Shown here in pieces: positions 13,966-27,064 of a stretch of DNA of 64,000 bases. This stretch comes from Chrysomallon squamiferum (lineage: Eukaryota; Animalia; Mollusca). The notes beneath the pieces are model-generated. The model made no database searches and was not told the origin of the DNA. It saw only the letters and a program-made list of their open reading frames with translations. The stretch is taken from NCBI GenBank assembly GCA_012295275.1, contig CM022670.1, positions 12,152,001-12,216,000 of the forward strand. Direction: 5' to 3'. Both the position numbers and the translations under genes were made by a program. Numbering within the stretch: the first letter of the stretch is position 1; each line of letters begins with the position of its first letter.

Positions 13966-14700
13966 TTTTACCAAATCAAGTTAAATATAAACTGTCAATG
14001 AAATTCTCTCTTAGCAATTTTCATAATTTGCATCATACACCAGAACCAGGTTATTTCGACCAGAATATCCGCTTCGGGACTTTCCGCCTTTCAGTTCGAG
14101 TTTTTCGGACCTAGAAACTATTTAGAAATAAAGACCAAGGATTATTATTGCCATACAATGCTAAAATATGGAGAACAATTTATTTTCAGTTATAAATATA
14201 TAACTGAAGAAGAAAAAGCTTACATGACAAATTCAACAAATAAAATAAGTCGTTGTTATTAAATGTTACAAAGGAGAATTACAGACATCTTATTTCCAGT
14301 TTATGTAACTGCCAAATAAATGAAACGCGAGAACTACATAATTTCATTTCTTTCCTCATTAAAATTTGGCGAAAATATCTCTTAACTATAAAAACAACAA
14401 ACTTTCCCCAATTTGTCGGCTTTTAACTGGAGATATAACTTCCTCGTATGCTTAGTAATGCGTATGTAAACTTTTTAATTTACATTTAAAAAAAAGAAAA
14501 AAAGAAGTGAATTACAGAAAATAAAGAATTATTATCCTTTTGGAATAAGTTTATATATTTTGAAATGTTTGTCTTAAGTATTTTGTTGTTATTTTTTTTT
14601 TCTATGTACAAAAAGTAGTGCTTTGCAGAAACGGAGGAAATATGTACGTAACGACAATGGCGGGGAATTACAGTTTTTAAATTGAGATTTAAATAGGTAG
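13966..14700. promoter_or_regulatory. Divergent (bidirectional) promoter region between PPOX and DDIAS
   Basis: The genes are head-to-head with start codons about 1.4 kb apart, and CpG density is locally raised. GGGACTTTCC (kappaB consensus) at 14076-14085, E2F-like TTTGGCGAAA near 14365-14374, YY1-like AATGGCGG near 14656, and a candidate 5'UTR donor AG|GTAGGT at 14696/14697. TSS positions are inferred. Confidence 0.6.
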
Positions 14701-15011
14701 GTGTTTACATTTTCACATATAGTTAATATCGATGTAAAATTTTCAAAAATTGAACCACACATTACTGTCGTCCGAATATCTCCGAAGATTGTCGTGATTT
14801 CTGAAAAACACTATTATAGTGTATTAAATTTAATTTTGTAACTTTACGCCTTCAATGAAAGTTGAAACTGTGTAGTCAGTGGAGTCTCGAGAAATAGATT
14901 ATCTTATGTTAGTTGATAGAGATTATATTTGTAGATAGAGATATTACAGTGGATTAGATAACTAGACTAGTGAATAAAGATACTCATATGTGTTCACAGT
15001 GACAGTTTAGT

Positions 15012-15127
<116 letters not shown>

Positions 15128-15402
15128 CTCAGCTGTGGTCACTGTATGTTATAAGAAAGACATCTCAAATTATCCTTGGTGTTGCAGATCGAATTTGATT
15201 ACCAAGAATTTCAGTTATAAATAAACATAATAAAAATCATAATATTTTATTATGTTTATTATTTCGTTCAGTATTATAGAGAACTTTAAAATTATATTTT
15301 ATTATTAATAATTTATTTTGTTAATATGTCTTGCATATTTCATTTTTATTGGAGATTGAAGGGATGACTGGTTTATGTTAAAACTGGTAGCCATGGAGCA
15401 GT

Positions 15403-15584
15403 ATGTATGATGAAAGAATTCTGGTACAGGCTACAGTAACATCTGTAGTTGGCAGTCACCCAATCTATCCATGTTGTTGCCAGTGTTACAGCAAGGTTCT
15501 GCGTGACTTTCAGAAAAAAAGGTTTGAATATAAACACTAAGTACACATTGACACAACACTTTATATATACACACATGTATGTAT

Positions 15585-15626
<42 letters not shown>

Positions 15627-15766
15627 CATGCATGCATATATAAGTACATGTGTAGTAATATAGGCTTATAGTTATTGTAAACACAAAAATATATATCCAC
15701 AAACACATGTAGACAAATGAACTGAAAGACAAAAGTGCACACTCACCATATGCAACACAAAGATAT

Positions 15767-15812
<46 letters not shown>

Positions 15813-18800
15813 CACAACAACAGTTGGTAAATCAAAGACAATAATATGTATAGCTTATTTAAAGTGCATGTTTGAGTAAGCATGGAATTTAAGAGATATG
15901 ATTCAGAGTTTAAGTGAAAAATTATTTCATTTTTTCTAACTTTTTTCTTTGCAATTATAACCAGGGGCCTCACAGTAGGCCTCTGTAACCAGCATTCAGT
16001 TTTAACACATATGTATAAGCACACACTCTAGAACATGCATGCAAATATTGACAAAGACTTGTTTCAGTTACACTAGAAAAGGAAGAAAGAGTATATGCTA
16101 AGTAAAGTGTTTGTTTCAGTTATACTAGGAAAGAAAGAATGAGTATATGCTAAGTAAAGTGTTTGTTTCAGTTACCCTAGAAGAGAAAGAAAGAGTATAT
16201 GCTAAGTAAAGTGTTTGTTTCAGTTATACTAGAAGAGAAAGAATGAGTATATGCTAAGTAAAGTGTTTGTTTCAGTTACACTAGGAAAGAAAGAATGAGT
16301 ATATGCTAAGTAAAGTGTTTGTTTCAGTTATACTAGGAAAGAAAGAATGAGTATATGCTAAGTAAAGTGTTTGTTTCAGTTATACTAGAAGAGAAAAAGA
16401 GTATATGCTAAGTAAAGTGTTTGTTTCAGTTTCACTAGGAGAGAAAGAAAGAGTATATGCTAAGTAAAGTGTTTGTTTCAGTTACACTAGAAGAGAAAGA
16501 AAGAGTATATGCTATGTAGAGTGTTTGTTTCAGCTGGATTTGTCGAGCATGTCGGATCAGTCACCAGGCAGACGACGTGACTTGGCGTTACTGTCTCAAC
16601 CTGAAGATAGCAGACACCGTTGCCTCCTGCAGTGTCACAGTGTTTGGCAAAATTCTGGAACCTTTCTTTGGCCTCACTGCAGATGACTTCCACAAGTATA
16701 TTCATTTTAAAATATTTTTTTATTTTTAAAATAAATGTTACTGCATGTATGCAGAATTATTATCATCTTGATTTAAAAAAATTACTGAAACATTTCATTG
16801 ATCTTACTCTGTATAATTCTGACAAATTATTAAAAATATTTGATTTTTTCAACAAAAAAACAGCATTCCTTATTAGTGAGGAAATGTGGTATTTCACTGA
16901 TGACTGGTTTCATTTTTATTCATTTGTGTCTTCTTATTTGTACTTCATTTTCATTAATTCACTGAAAATCTAGGAAGATCAAATCTTTAAAAAAAATGTT
17001 ATTGCACCTTAGCATCTCTTAACTTGTGCTGATGCCTTTTATTTATATAGAACAGCTGACTGATCCTGCCTGATATGGATTTTATATTATTTTAATCTTA
17101 TTTACAGGCATATGTGTTTTTGTGTTTGCATATTAGAGGGTATGCTTCTGTATATGTATATATATAAATCTTTTTGTGTTATGGTATTTGATCTGCTGTT
17201 CTGTGTAAAAATGAATGACATGTATTTTGATAAGTAAGAGTATATCTGCAGATTTACACAGTGTCTGAGGAAAGATGGGAACGCTGCACTAGCAGTGGGA
17301 CAAGGTTTGGAAGAAACATTTGTGGGCAACACTTTTCTGTTTGGATTCAAGTCTCAGGTTTCTGTTGCTCGACTAAAGAGAGTTTCCACCTCATCATCAA
17401 TCACATTAGCACAGATTCTGCAGGGAGGACGAATGCTCAAAGCCAGGAATGGCAACGTGGAGTTGAGAAATCTGGTTGCTGTGGTGATGTTGTCACCATA
17501 CGTGTCGCCGTTTCCCACTGTTGTTCACCACATCTGCGGTGCCAGGAAATCTCGACGCAGAAGGAATATCTCAGCTGCCTTAGAGTTTGCTAACAAGGTG
17601 AACCCTTATGAGACTATGGGAAGTCAGGACAGTTTAATTCCGGCAAGTCAGAGTGCAAGTTTGTGTAGTGATGTTTCACAAAGTGCTGGGGGTCAGAGCA
17701 CTCTCCAGCTGACCTGTGACGAGTCAGTGCAGAATAATATTCAGGAGAATAATAGAAATACGAAGCAGAGTCAAAACTCAGAGAGGTCAGCATCTTCTAG
17801 TTCAAAACAGAGGACTCCATCAGGATCCCCAGTTGTTTCAAGACGTTTGGTGAATGCTGTGAGAGAAAGTAGTGTTAACAGTTACATGAAGAAATTGTCT
17901 CTAGAAAATGATGATGAAACTTTTAAGGGTAGTGAGAAAAGTTTTGAAAAACCTAACAACAGAAGCAGAAGTACAGAAAATTCTGTCAGTGGTGATAATG
18001 GTTCGGCTAATTCTTTCACAGGTGACAAGAGTTTGGGAAGTTTTTCAGATTCTATCAATGATTCTTCCTTGCTTTGTGCTGTGTTTCCATCTGATGTTTC
18101 TAACAATGACAAATGCAACAAAGCAGAAGAAGAAGAGTGCAGCAGAAATGAGAATTTGTTAACAAATGATGTGCATAAATCAAAGCTAAGTCGTCCAGAT
18201 TCAGGTAAAGAAAATAACATATCTTTGTGTAATGGTATAAGGGTTTCGGATATTTTTGAACAGCTGTTCAAACATGAGCTGTCCTCGATTCAGACAGGCA
18301 GCGATTCAGCAAACCAGGTTTCTGCTAATGACAATAACAAGTTCAGTGTCTCAGTGTTAGGAGATGTCAGAAAGTCGACATCAGATATCAGGTGTCAGGT
18401 TGCGAAATCTAAAAATAAACAGTTAGTTAACAGTGGACACAACACATCCTTTGCAGGTAACCAAAGAAATGCTGTTGAGTACTATGAAGCCTTTACAGAA
18501 GAGCTGCCAGATTCTGAGGACCTTGATGAATTTCTGCAGAAAGCTTCCAGCTTGCAGTCTTTATATGAGATCTGCAATGCAGAAACTGGCAAGACATATG
18601 AATTAAACTACAGGAAGAAAGTTTCACACAGCGCAGCAAGTCACAGAAAGGAAAGAGGGAACAAACGAACTGAGAGATACTGCTGTAAGACTAGAAGTTG
18701 TGACACAGCATGTCATGTTTCGAATGATAGTAAATCACAGTTGTCCATAACTAATAGCTCTTTTACAAAAGATAAAACAAATAAATTTATTTATCCTAAG

Positions 18801-20857
18801 TATGAGATGGACCTGCATCCGCTGAAAGAAACGATAAACACATCAAGCAAAGAATTACAGGAAAGGTTTACTGAGTCAGACATTCCCAAAGTGTTGAACA
18901 AAAAAAAGAGTAACACTGGTGAGGCCTTGTCAATGACAGTAGGTGACAGCTCTCAGAACACACACTTTGATGATTTGCTTTGTCCCCCTAACAGTCCTCA
19001 TTTGGAGACACATACACCAGTGAGCACACCTGAATGCCGTTCCAAAGTTTCCCATTCTTGTAACAAAAACAGCAAAATTTTAGAACTTCTAAAAGCTGAC
19101 TGTGAAAAGAAAAGACATGAAATCACAGAGTTTCTCAAGAATCATTCGCTTGAAAACACCGCAAAGAAATTGTCAGATATAACGAGGAAGAAGCTGGATG
19201 GAGGTGAGGCAAGGTCATTTTCACCAGTGAGCAAAACAGAAAATTATTTACAGTCATCTGCATGCAAGACCGATCCATCAGTTTCAGTGAATAGCATTAA
19301 AAACAAAAAGAAGCAGTTTATAGACCCAAAGTTGATTATTCGTAAATACAGCAGGGTAGGTATAAGACATCCATCATCATCATCTTCAAGTAATGAAATA
19401 TCTTCATACAAAATGAGAAATAGAGATGTCTCTGACCTTGTGGTGGAACCATTCAAGATGGTATTAAATGCAGAGCGACCATGTGTCAATAGAGAAACAG
19501 CTGAAGTCAAAGAAAACAAGACAGGATCATCAAAACCTTCTAATCAAAGAAAAACATATAAAAGACAGTTTTTTCTGACACTTCCTGGACATGATAGTTC
19601 ACATAATGGAAGCTCAGGATCAAATAGTCTCCAGGACAAACACACTGTAAATGTGAAACCTGTTATTAATCAAATTGTCGTTTCAGAAAAGAAAGAGAGC
19701 AATGAAAGAGACAGTCTTCAGACAACTAAAGAAAACTTCCAGCAAGAGGATGTTTCAGCTGATGAAAAAACAATTTTGGAATGTGATTCTGAACATAAAT
19801 GGTTTGAGGAGAATTACGAGGAATCTAAGGGAAGCTGTAAAAAAAGTGAGAAAACAAACTGCAGTGGTACAAAAGGCAGTACTGAAGGGTGTAATTTGGA
19901 ATCTTTGCATTTAGAAATTAATGAAAATATCTTTGAAAAAGGTAATAATCAGTCAAGTGATGTAAAAGAACCAAAAGAGGACATGTCAGTTATGGATGAT
20001 TCATTGTCAGATGAAAAAGAAAGTTCTGTGCAGGCAAATTTGGATCACATCAGTTTAAGTTTGTGTAACAGAAGCTGCAACGGTTCTCTTGATCTTTTTG
20101 ACGCATCTGATGTTGAAAAGAATATCATCTCCAGTTATCCAAGACAGTTATTTCCTGATACAAATTCCTCTGAAGATGATTCAAGCGAAACAAAGAGCGT
20201 CACTCCAGATTCACAAAGAGATGATGATCAGCACTTAAACAAAGAGCTTGGCAGTACTGATGACAGTGATGATGTACATTCCGACGGCAAAGAAGCTGAG
20301 AATGTGATAGATACCGTTGGTGAATCACAACAGAATAGTAGTTCCATTTCCTCAGAGACTGCAAAGACTCCTCAAGCAGCAGAAGTGTGAAGTTTTCCGA
20401 ACGGCTGAGTCGTGTGAGCACCGTAAAGCTGATGGATTTGAGAATGCGAACATCCAGTCCTGTTGTCTACAGAACCGAGACTTCAACTCTCAAGTCTTGT
20501 CTGAAGAAGCAGGAACTGATGCTAAAATCACCAGAAGCAGAAAAGACAGATGTCATTAGCCCCGAAGCACCATTCTCCCAGGATCTGTTTTCGCCAAGTC
20601 CAATCTCAAACAAGAGTTCTCCTAGTCCAGAACACTTTGCTAATAACAGGGAAATGTCTGGCACATCAAACAAAGCTGCCTCTTCAGCACAGTCGCCTCT
20701 TCTGTTTTCTGAGAAGACGTACGTTGACATAACCCCACAGAGAGACACAAAGTTTTTCCAGAATTTCATCTGTAAAAACAAAAGAACAACTGAATATGGT
20801 TTGGCTGCTCAAGAGAAATTTTCATTAATTCTCACCCCAGATCTGTTTAGTCCTTAG
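15403..20857 (+). CDS. DDIAS: DNA damage-induced apoptosis suppressor (DDIAS/noxin/C11orf82)-like protein: N-terminal Zn-ribbon OB fold (RPA1-C-like) plus a long disordered Ser-rich region; apparent frameshift near 20372
   Basis: Exons 15403-15521 (MYDERILVQATVTSVVGSHPIYPCCCQCYSKVLRDFQKK), 16534-16695 (SWICRACRISHQADDVTWRYCLNLKIADTVASCSVTVFGKILEPFFGLTADDFH) and 17252 onward (KFTQCLRKDGNAALAVGQGLEETFVGNTFLFGFK...RNLVAVVMLSP). Introns are GT-AG and both phase 2. These match the DDIAS motifs as I recall them (YPSCQKC / YRYKLSLKVA / ITVFGSCLDTFFGLTA / VETCFVGQSFIFG / LVACQI). The main frame stops at 20390, and a coding-like frame continues 20342-20857 ending TPDLFSP*. Confidence 0.88.
16059..16533 (+). 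repeat. 52-bp minisatellite, 9 highly similar units, ending exactly at the DDIAS exon 2 acceptor
   Basis: Unit tta(t/c)actag(g/a)a(a/g)agaaagaa(t/a)gagtatatgctaagtaaagtgtttgtttcag. gtttcag occurs 10 times at about 52-nt spacing (one unit is 50 nt). Confidence 0.95.
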
Positions 20858-23800
20858 CTTCTCTTTGTTCCCATGTGAGCTACTTGATTATTTATAATAT
20901 CTCTTACCTCCATTTTGTTTTTATTACATGTATTGTTGTTGCTCGTATTATTCTTATTCTTATTATATTATAAGTATTGCTAATATTTTATCTCTATACA
21001 GATGGATACAATTGTATATATAAATATATATATGTGTAAAGATGTACATTATATATATGTATTAACTTTATAAAATTAATAAACTTATATATTAAGCAAG
21101 CAAACATTTTGTTTGTTTTTGATGAAATTTATTTCAAGAGAAATAATGAAAATAATATTAAAAACGTAACCTATGTGTCGTTTTCTCCTCCACCGTTTCC
21201 TAACTACAAACCAACAAATCAATTTATCTGCTTTTGTTTGTTCAAAATTATCGCCTGATCTGAATAACGCAAAAGTACTTAACAGACTGAGGTGCCATAA
21301 AGTCAAAATCTATTCGTTTTAAAAATAATTTTGATTATCCACTTAGTGTCTTGTTCACGAAAATGTACCTATAATAAATCTAATTCAGTCTTTAAATAAA
21401 AAATTTTGATTTATTAAAGATACAAAAGAATGTGTGAAAATAAATGTATTATTTGCCTGTATTGATACAGAACATACATTATTTGTATATGTGTCTATAT
21501 ATAAAACTTGTTGACAGGCTGAATATACGTTGTATTGTTTTGTATATAAATCGTTATATCTATTTTGAACTTATAATGCACTTTTAGTGATTCGAAGAAA
21601 TGGTTTAAATATATTTTACGTACTTTTAAGTTCTGTTTTATTTGTTTTAACAACATTATTATTATTATTATTATTTTTTACTAGCAACTTATACCTATTT
21701 AAAAAAAGGCACACACACGCGCACTTTAATGTAATAATAATGGCTGCTATTAAAACAACTTAAAAATATGCAGAATACGTTTACACACACACACACACAC
21801 ACACACGCATGTAGTTTCGGATACCGCCATTTTTTTGTAATGACTTCGTGTATAAAACAGATCGAATTTGGAAACACATCCATCAATGAGCCCACCTACT
21901 GGTTTCTTCTAGCAAAGAAAGGGAGAAAAAAACAACAACAAAAAAACAAATTGTAATGCTATATAGGCAATGATGTCACTAAACTAGATCTGGAGCTTAA
22001 AATGGTAGTTTTTAAATGTTTTGTAACTATTATTTTATTCACATAATTTCAAATTATAGATAATAGATCTTTCAAACATAAAAAGAAAACCCCACAAAAT
22101 ATCTCAATAACTTTGGTTTCTATTTTTAAATATTTATATCTATTTCTTTTAAAGTTCTATCCCAGTTTGAACAAAATGTGCCTATTATAATAATAAAAAA
22201 TCCCAGACAACAACGCTGTAAAAAGAGTTCGCGACATTGATTACAGCAATAATTCACGGGAAATTACATTCACGAACGTCTCAGTACCTCGGTTACGATT
22301 CGTTCTGGTTTCCAAGGGACGTGCTAATACGACTGCGCGTCCATTTTTCTCTCTCGTTCAGCTAAAACGTTAACAAATGATTTGAAAGGGTCACTGGACG
22401 ATGAAAGACCACAGAAAAAATAAAAAAAAAAAAAAAAAAATATAAAAATGAAGGAGAACGAATTTCTGTGGCATGTAATGTGTAAATATATATGAGTGTT
22501 ATATATATGCAGAACTTATGAGCGCGTACGCGCACATGCACACACACACACACACACACATACATACAGAAACAGAGCAACGCATATTTACATAAAATGA
22601 TTGGTTGATCATATTTTGTAATATTTTTAAACAGTGGTAATATTAAATTTTACCTTTGACAAACCTGTTTCTTTTAATTGCAATGTTTCTGTGCATTTAG
22701 TGAAATATTTTCCGGAATAATGACTGATACAAAAAAACAAAAAAACAAATAATAAGTAAATAAATAAAATAACTACCGAAATTGTAGAAGTTTTAAATTG
22801 AACACAGTGCCTAAATAATTTTAAAAATACATTTCTTCAAAGTTTTTTCTTTTTTGAAATTAAAAATCAACCTTTGGTAATAATAAGATACGACTAATAT
22901 ATTACGATTTTTATGTAGCTTGGAGGCTGTTACTTGTTATTGCTATTTTATTCTTCTACTACCACTACTACTATTACTACTACTACTTCTACTATTATTA
23001 ATATTATATTTTTAAAAGTACTTGTCACATCAAATATGTAAAAAATGTCAGATAAATCATCAAAATAAACTGAACACAACTTACAACTAAATGATATAAC
23101 TGTTACATGTTTACTTTCATCTTCAGTAACTAAATCATTAAATAAGTCACCGTATCTATCAGACATCAGATTATTCTTTTATTTATTTGTCTGTTTAAAG
23201 ACCGCGCTTGCAGACGTCAGGAACTTCTTATTTTTCGATGATACCAAGACTTTACTTTTACGATGACTAATCATTGAGGTCAAAATATCTCGCAACAATT
23301 GACGGGAGTCGACAAAAGCAGTAAGTCCTTCTAGAGGGTATATTAAGTATTTATCACGGCGGAAATGGGGCGTCTTGAGAACCCGCCAGTTCGCTATTTC
23401 CCGTTATTACTAGTCGGCTGAGTCCAGCAAGCAAACGTCAATCAAACGCGGCCTTTTTGGCTCGGCATGATTTGCAATATGAACTAGCAGCTCTAAATCA
23501 ATGGGTAGGCATTATCTTTTTGTCAGTTAATTTCCACACACCTTTCCCAATTTAGAATTACAAGGTGAGCGTATTTAACCCTCGAGCAAAACCATTTTTT
23601 TTTTTTCTTCCATGACCGAAGGAAAGTGCTAAATATTGGGGGTCGGAGTTTGCTAATGGCGTCTGTCTTGTTGGCTTAGTTTTATATCATCAGACTTACA
23701 GCTTTCGGGTACAGAATTTATTTCACGACTTCGGTTCTAGATTATGTTTTACCAGGCAAATACACATAATTACGTTTATTCTTCACAGATCAATGTAATA

Positions 23801-24280
23801 GTAACTAAAAAATATATATTTTAAATTTATTTTTGAACATTTCACTGTAATAGTGATTATAAGTACAAATAAATGTTTCTACTTCTGCTCTGTCCATCTG
23901 AATAACAGCGACAGTGGACGGAGAACAACATTCTTACCTTTCTGATTATATATCAACATTATGTCTTTGAGTTCAGGAAAAAGATGCAAAAGCTAAAAGA
24001 CCGTTAAACAATACAAGTTGTATCAAACGTCACAACACTGTGCATAAGTCATAAGTTAACATTACGTTACGGATTTAGTTTGTGCTAATCTACGGATCGA
24101 GACCGTTGAGTAACCTAGTCACTGATATATTTCTAGATGCCTGTCTGTCTGTCTTTGTGTTAGTCTGTTAATTATTTACTAACTACACCAAACAGTACTA
24201 GTACATAACATCTTAAATGGTGGTAGTAGGAAAAGTAAGAAATGGTTATAGCAATGAAAGTATTAATAAATTCGTAGCAA

Positions 24281-24372
24281 TAATAATAATAATAATAATA
24301 ATAACAAACAACAACAACAATAATAATAATAATAATATATCAATAATAATAATGATGATGATGATGATGATG
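24281..24372. repeat. Compound (AAT)/(AAC)/(GAT) microsatellite
   Basis: Visible directly. Confidence 0.85.
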
Positions 24373-26222
24373 ATAGTATCAATAATGATCATAATAATTA
24401 AACAACAAACATAAAAACAAACAAACGACAACAGTAATGAAAAGCAACCTGCAATCAAGCTGTACCTTATATTTCTCCTCGTTATTTTATATTAATTCAC
24501 GAATTTGGTTAGCACTTTTAATGCGGAAGTTTTGAAAATGGACATCAGTGCAGTGAAGGATAAAAAACAATTTATTTATGAAGAAAGAATACTTTTGTTC
24601 GTTGTCATGTGAAGACAGGAAAATGACTGATTGAGATTTAATGAAAAAAACCTCTATCTGTATTCGGTGGACTTAACAGCACGATTGAAAAGAACGTGCC
24701 ATCATTTCTTGACTGGAAATTGAAAGGATTATGTCGGAAGCAGACTATATGAAAATGTGCTTCTAGACGACTCTATTATTGCACGTTTTTATAGTTTATA
24801 TTCTCCTTTATCGAAAAATTCTAAAAAATTTAAAAATAAAAATAAGAATAAAAATAAAAATTAACAACAAGATAATGAATAATTAAATAAATTGACAAAA
24901 AAAAATTCTTTAATTAAAAACAAATAAAAATAAAAATATATATTTAAAATTATATATATCAAAAAAAATAAAGACATAAATTAGAAATTAAATAAAAAAG
25001 AATAATAACTAAATATTATTTCTTCTATTTTTTTTTTTTTTTTTTTTTTATGAATTTTTTCTTTTTCAGTTGACTATATCACAATATTAATAAAATTTGG
25101 TAAAATTCAATTAATTTTATATTACAGTATCTATAATTAAGTATCATTTAACAGTTAAGCATAAAACCATGTCGAAGTATTTCAATTCTGTCTAAAATAA
25201 TGTAGTTTATTTCTTATTAATATTACTATACTCAACATTAAAACGATTATTTCTTGAAATGAAATTACAAACCCACAACTGACATTTAATCAGGTCTTTA
25301 ACAGTCACGTGATCATTAGCTTAGATGAGAGAATAATTTCGATATCAAAGTTCGTCTGACGCGGAAAGTAAGCAGACGATAATCTTATAATGTTGATTCA
25401 CCGTTGGTCTAGAACACACAGACGCCTACCGCTTTACCATATAAATATCATCAAGTCGGACGTATCGTTAGTCAAAGTTAATATTAGACGAGGCAGAATA
25501 TTTAGCTAATACATATCTATGCTGCAGAAGTTAAACTTTAAATATTTTAAAGTCTTTTCAATCTAGAAGAATAATAAATATTCTTTATGCCATAGTTTTT
25601 GATTTCGACGTAAAATTTATTCAAGACTGTTCTTTATATCCATCCTGTACCATCGTATAAATTGTCCCTCACCAATAAAAAAAAAATAATAATAATAAAA
25701 AAAAAAGCTAAGAGCAAAATGGATACTTAAACAGTAATTTTTAAAGATGAAAGCAAAAACTGTTTAATAATTAAAAAAATAACAAAACAAAATAAAAAAT
25801 AAAATAAACAACAAATATACTAAAAAAAAAAAACAAAAAAAAAACACGACAAGCAACACAACAAAAAGAAAAACTAAACAAAAAACAACCCAGTAATAAC
25901 AATAAAAAGAAAGAAAGAAAAAGAAAACAACAACAAAGCAATTAAAGTAAAAATTAAAAAAAAGAAAGACAACACCCCCCCCAAAAAAAACCCCAACAAC
26001 AACATTCCTGCATGAAAAGCATATAAGCGAATCGGAGTCTTCTTTTCTGAAAATGGAAACTAAATAATTAAATACGTAATTGATAGAATAAAATATTTAA
26101 ATGAGAGTACAAATTCGCCCATTACCGTTAATTGTGTGTAACATTCCAAATTTAAATATATATCTTACAATTATATTTATATGTATGTATGTATGAATGC
26201 TATATGTCTGTATGTATATAGG

Positions 26223-26269
<47 letters not shown>

Positions 26270-26967
26270 GCAGTATAATCAGTACTCTGTGGACAACAGA
26301 CTGTACGATGTAAAAATAAATGTATTCGACATGGCACTGACTTCTTTTTAACTAACCTTCTAACCTATTAACGTACCGCTTTCTTAGACAAACCATATTG
26401 GAATGCCCACGAGAGGCGTGCTTTGAAACATTTTGCTCTAACAAGCACCTTAATAAATGTCCTCACTCAACCCAATTGGCTTCTTTAGTTCGTGATAATT
26501 ACGTCTCGGTGTCCCATATTAAAATTGTGCAGTCGACCAAACAAATGGGCAAAACGGTCGCTTTTAACATTATATTTAGTTCACCGTCTTATAAAGTACT
26601 TTTTTTTTTTCTTTCTTATTCCGTCTTCTTTCCCAATCGATATAAAAGCGTACGGATAATTAATTTCATCACTTAGATAAGATTTCCTCACAAGTTGTTT
26701 GTTAAGACATCGTCCCAGATTAAAATGAGGCAGTTTAATCAATTGTATGTGCTGTAGTGTTGATTGGTTCAGCCTTGGTTATTGGTGAATTGTATTTTCG
26801 TGATTAAGACCATTTTTAGGTTCAAGATTTTTTTTCCGCTGAATTAGTCTTTCGCTCGTCAATCCATGTAGAGTAATGTATCCAATTAGTCTTGTCTTGT
26901 TTGTTCGGAATTACTAGGTTACAAAAAGAAAGAAAAAAGGTGGGTGAGTGAGTGTGTGAATGAGTTA

Positions 26968-26980
26968 GAGAGAGAGAGAG

Positions 26981-27062
<82 letters not shown>
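26968..27062. repeat. (GA)n microsatellite
   Basis: Visible directly. Confidence 0.9.

Positions 27063-27064
<2 letters not shown>

Noticed and set aside
16059-16533. Regularly spaced repeats resembling a CRISPR array
   Set aside because: The intervening sequences are near-identical rather than unique spacers, there are no cas genes, and the context is a eukaryotic intron. It is a minisatellite.
20342-20400. Programmed -1 ribosomal frameshift in DDIAS
   Set aside because: There is no slippery heptamer or evident downstream pseudoknot. A second 1-bp deletion in the same window points toward consensus error.
17882-20781. Antisense and alternate-frame ORFs within the large DDIAS exon
   Set aside because: They are shadow ORFs of a long coding exon with no recognisable motifs. 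The exception is 20387-20857, treated as a finding.
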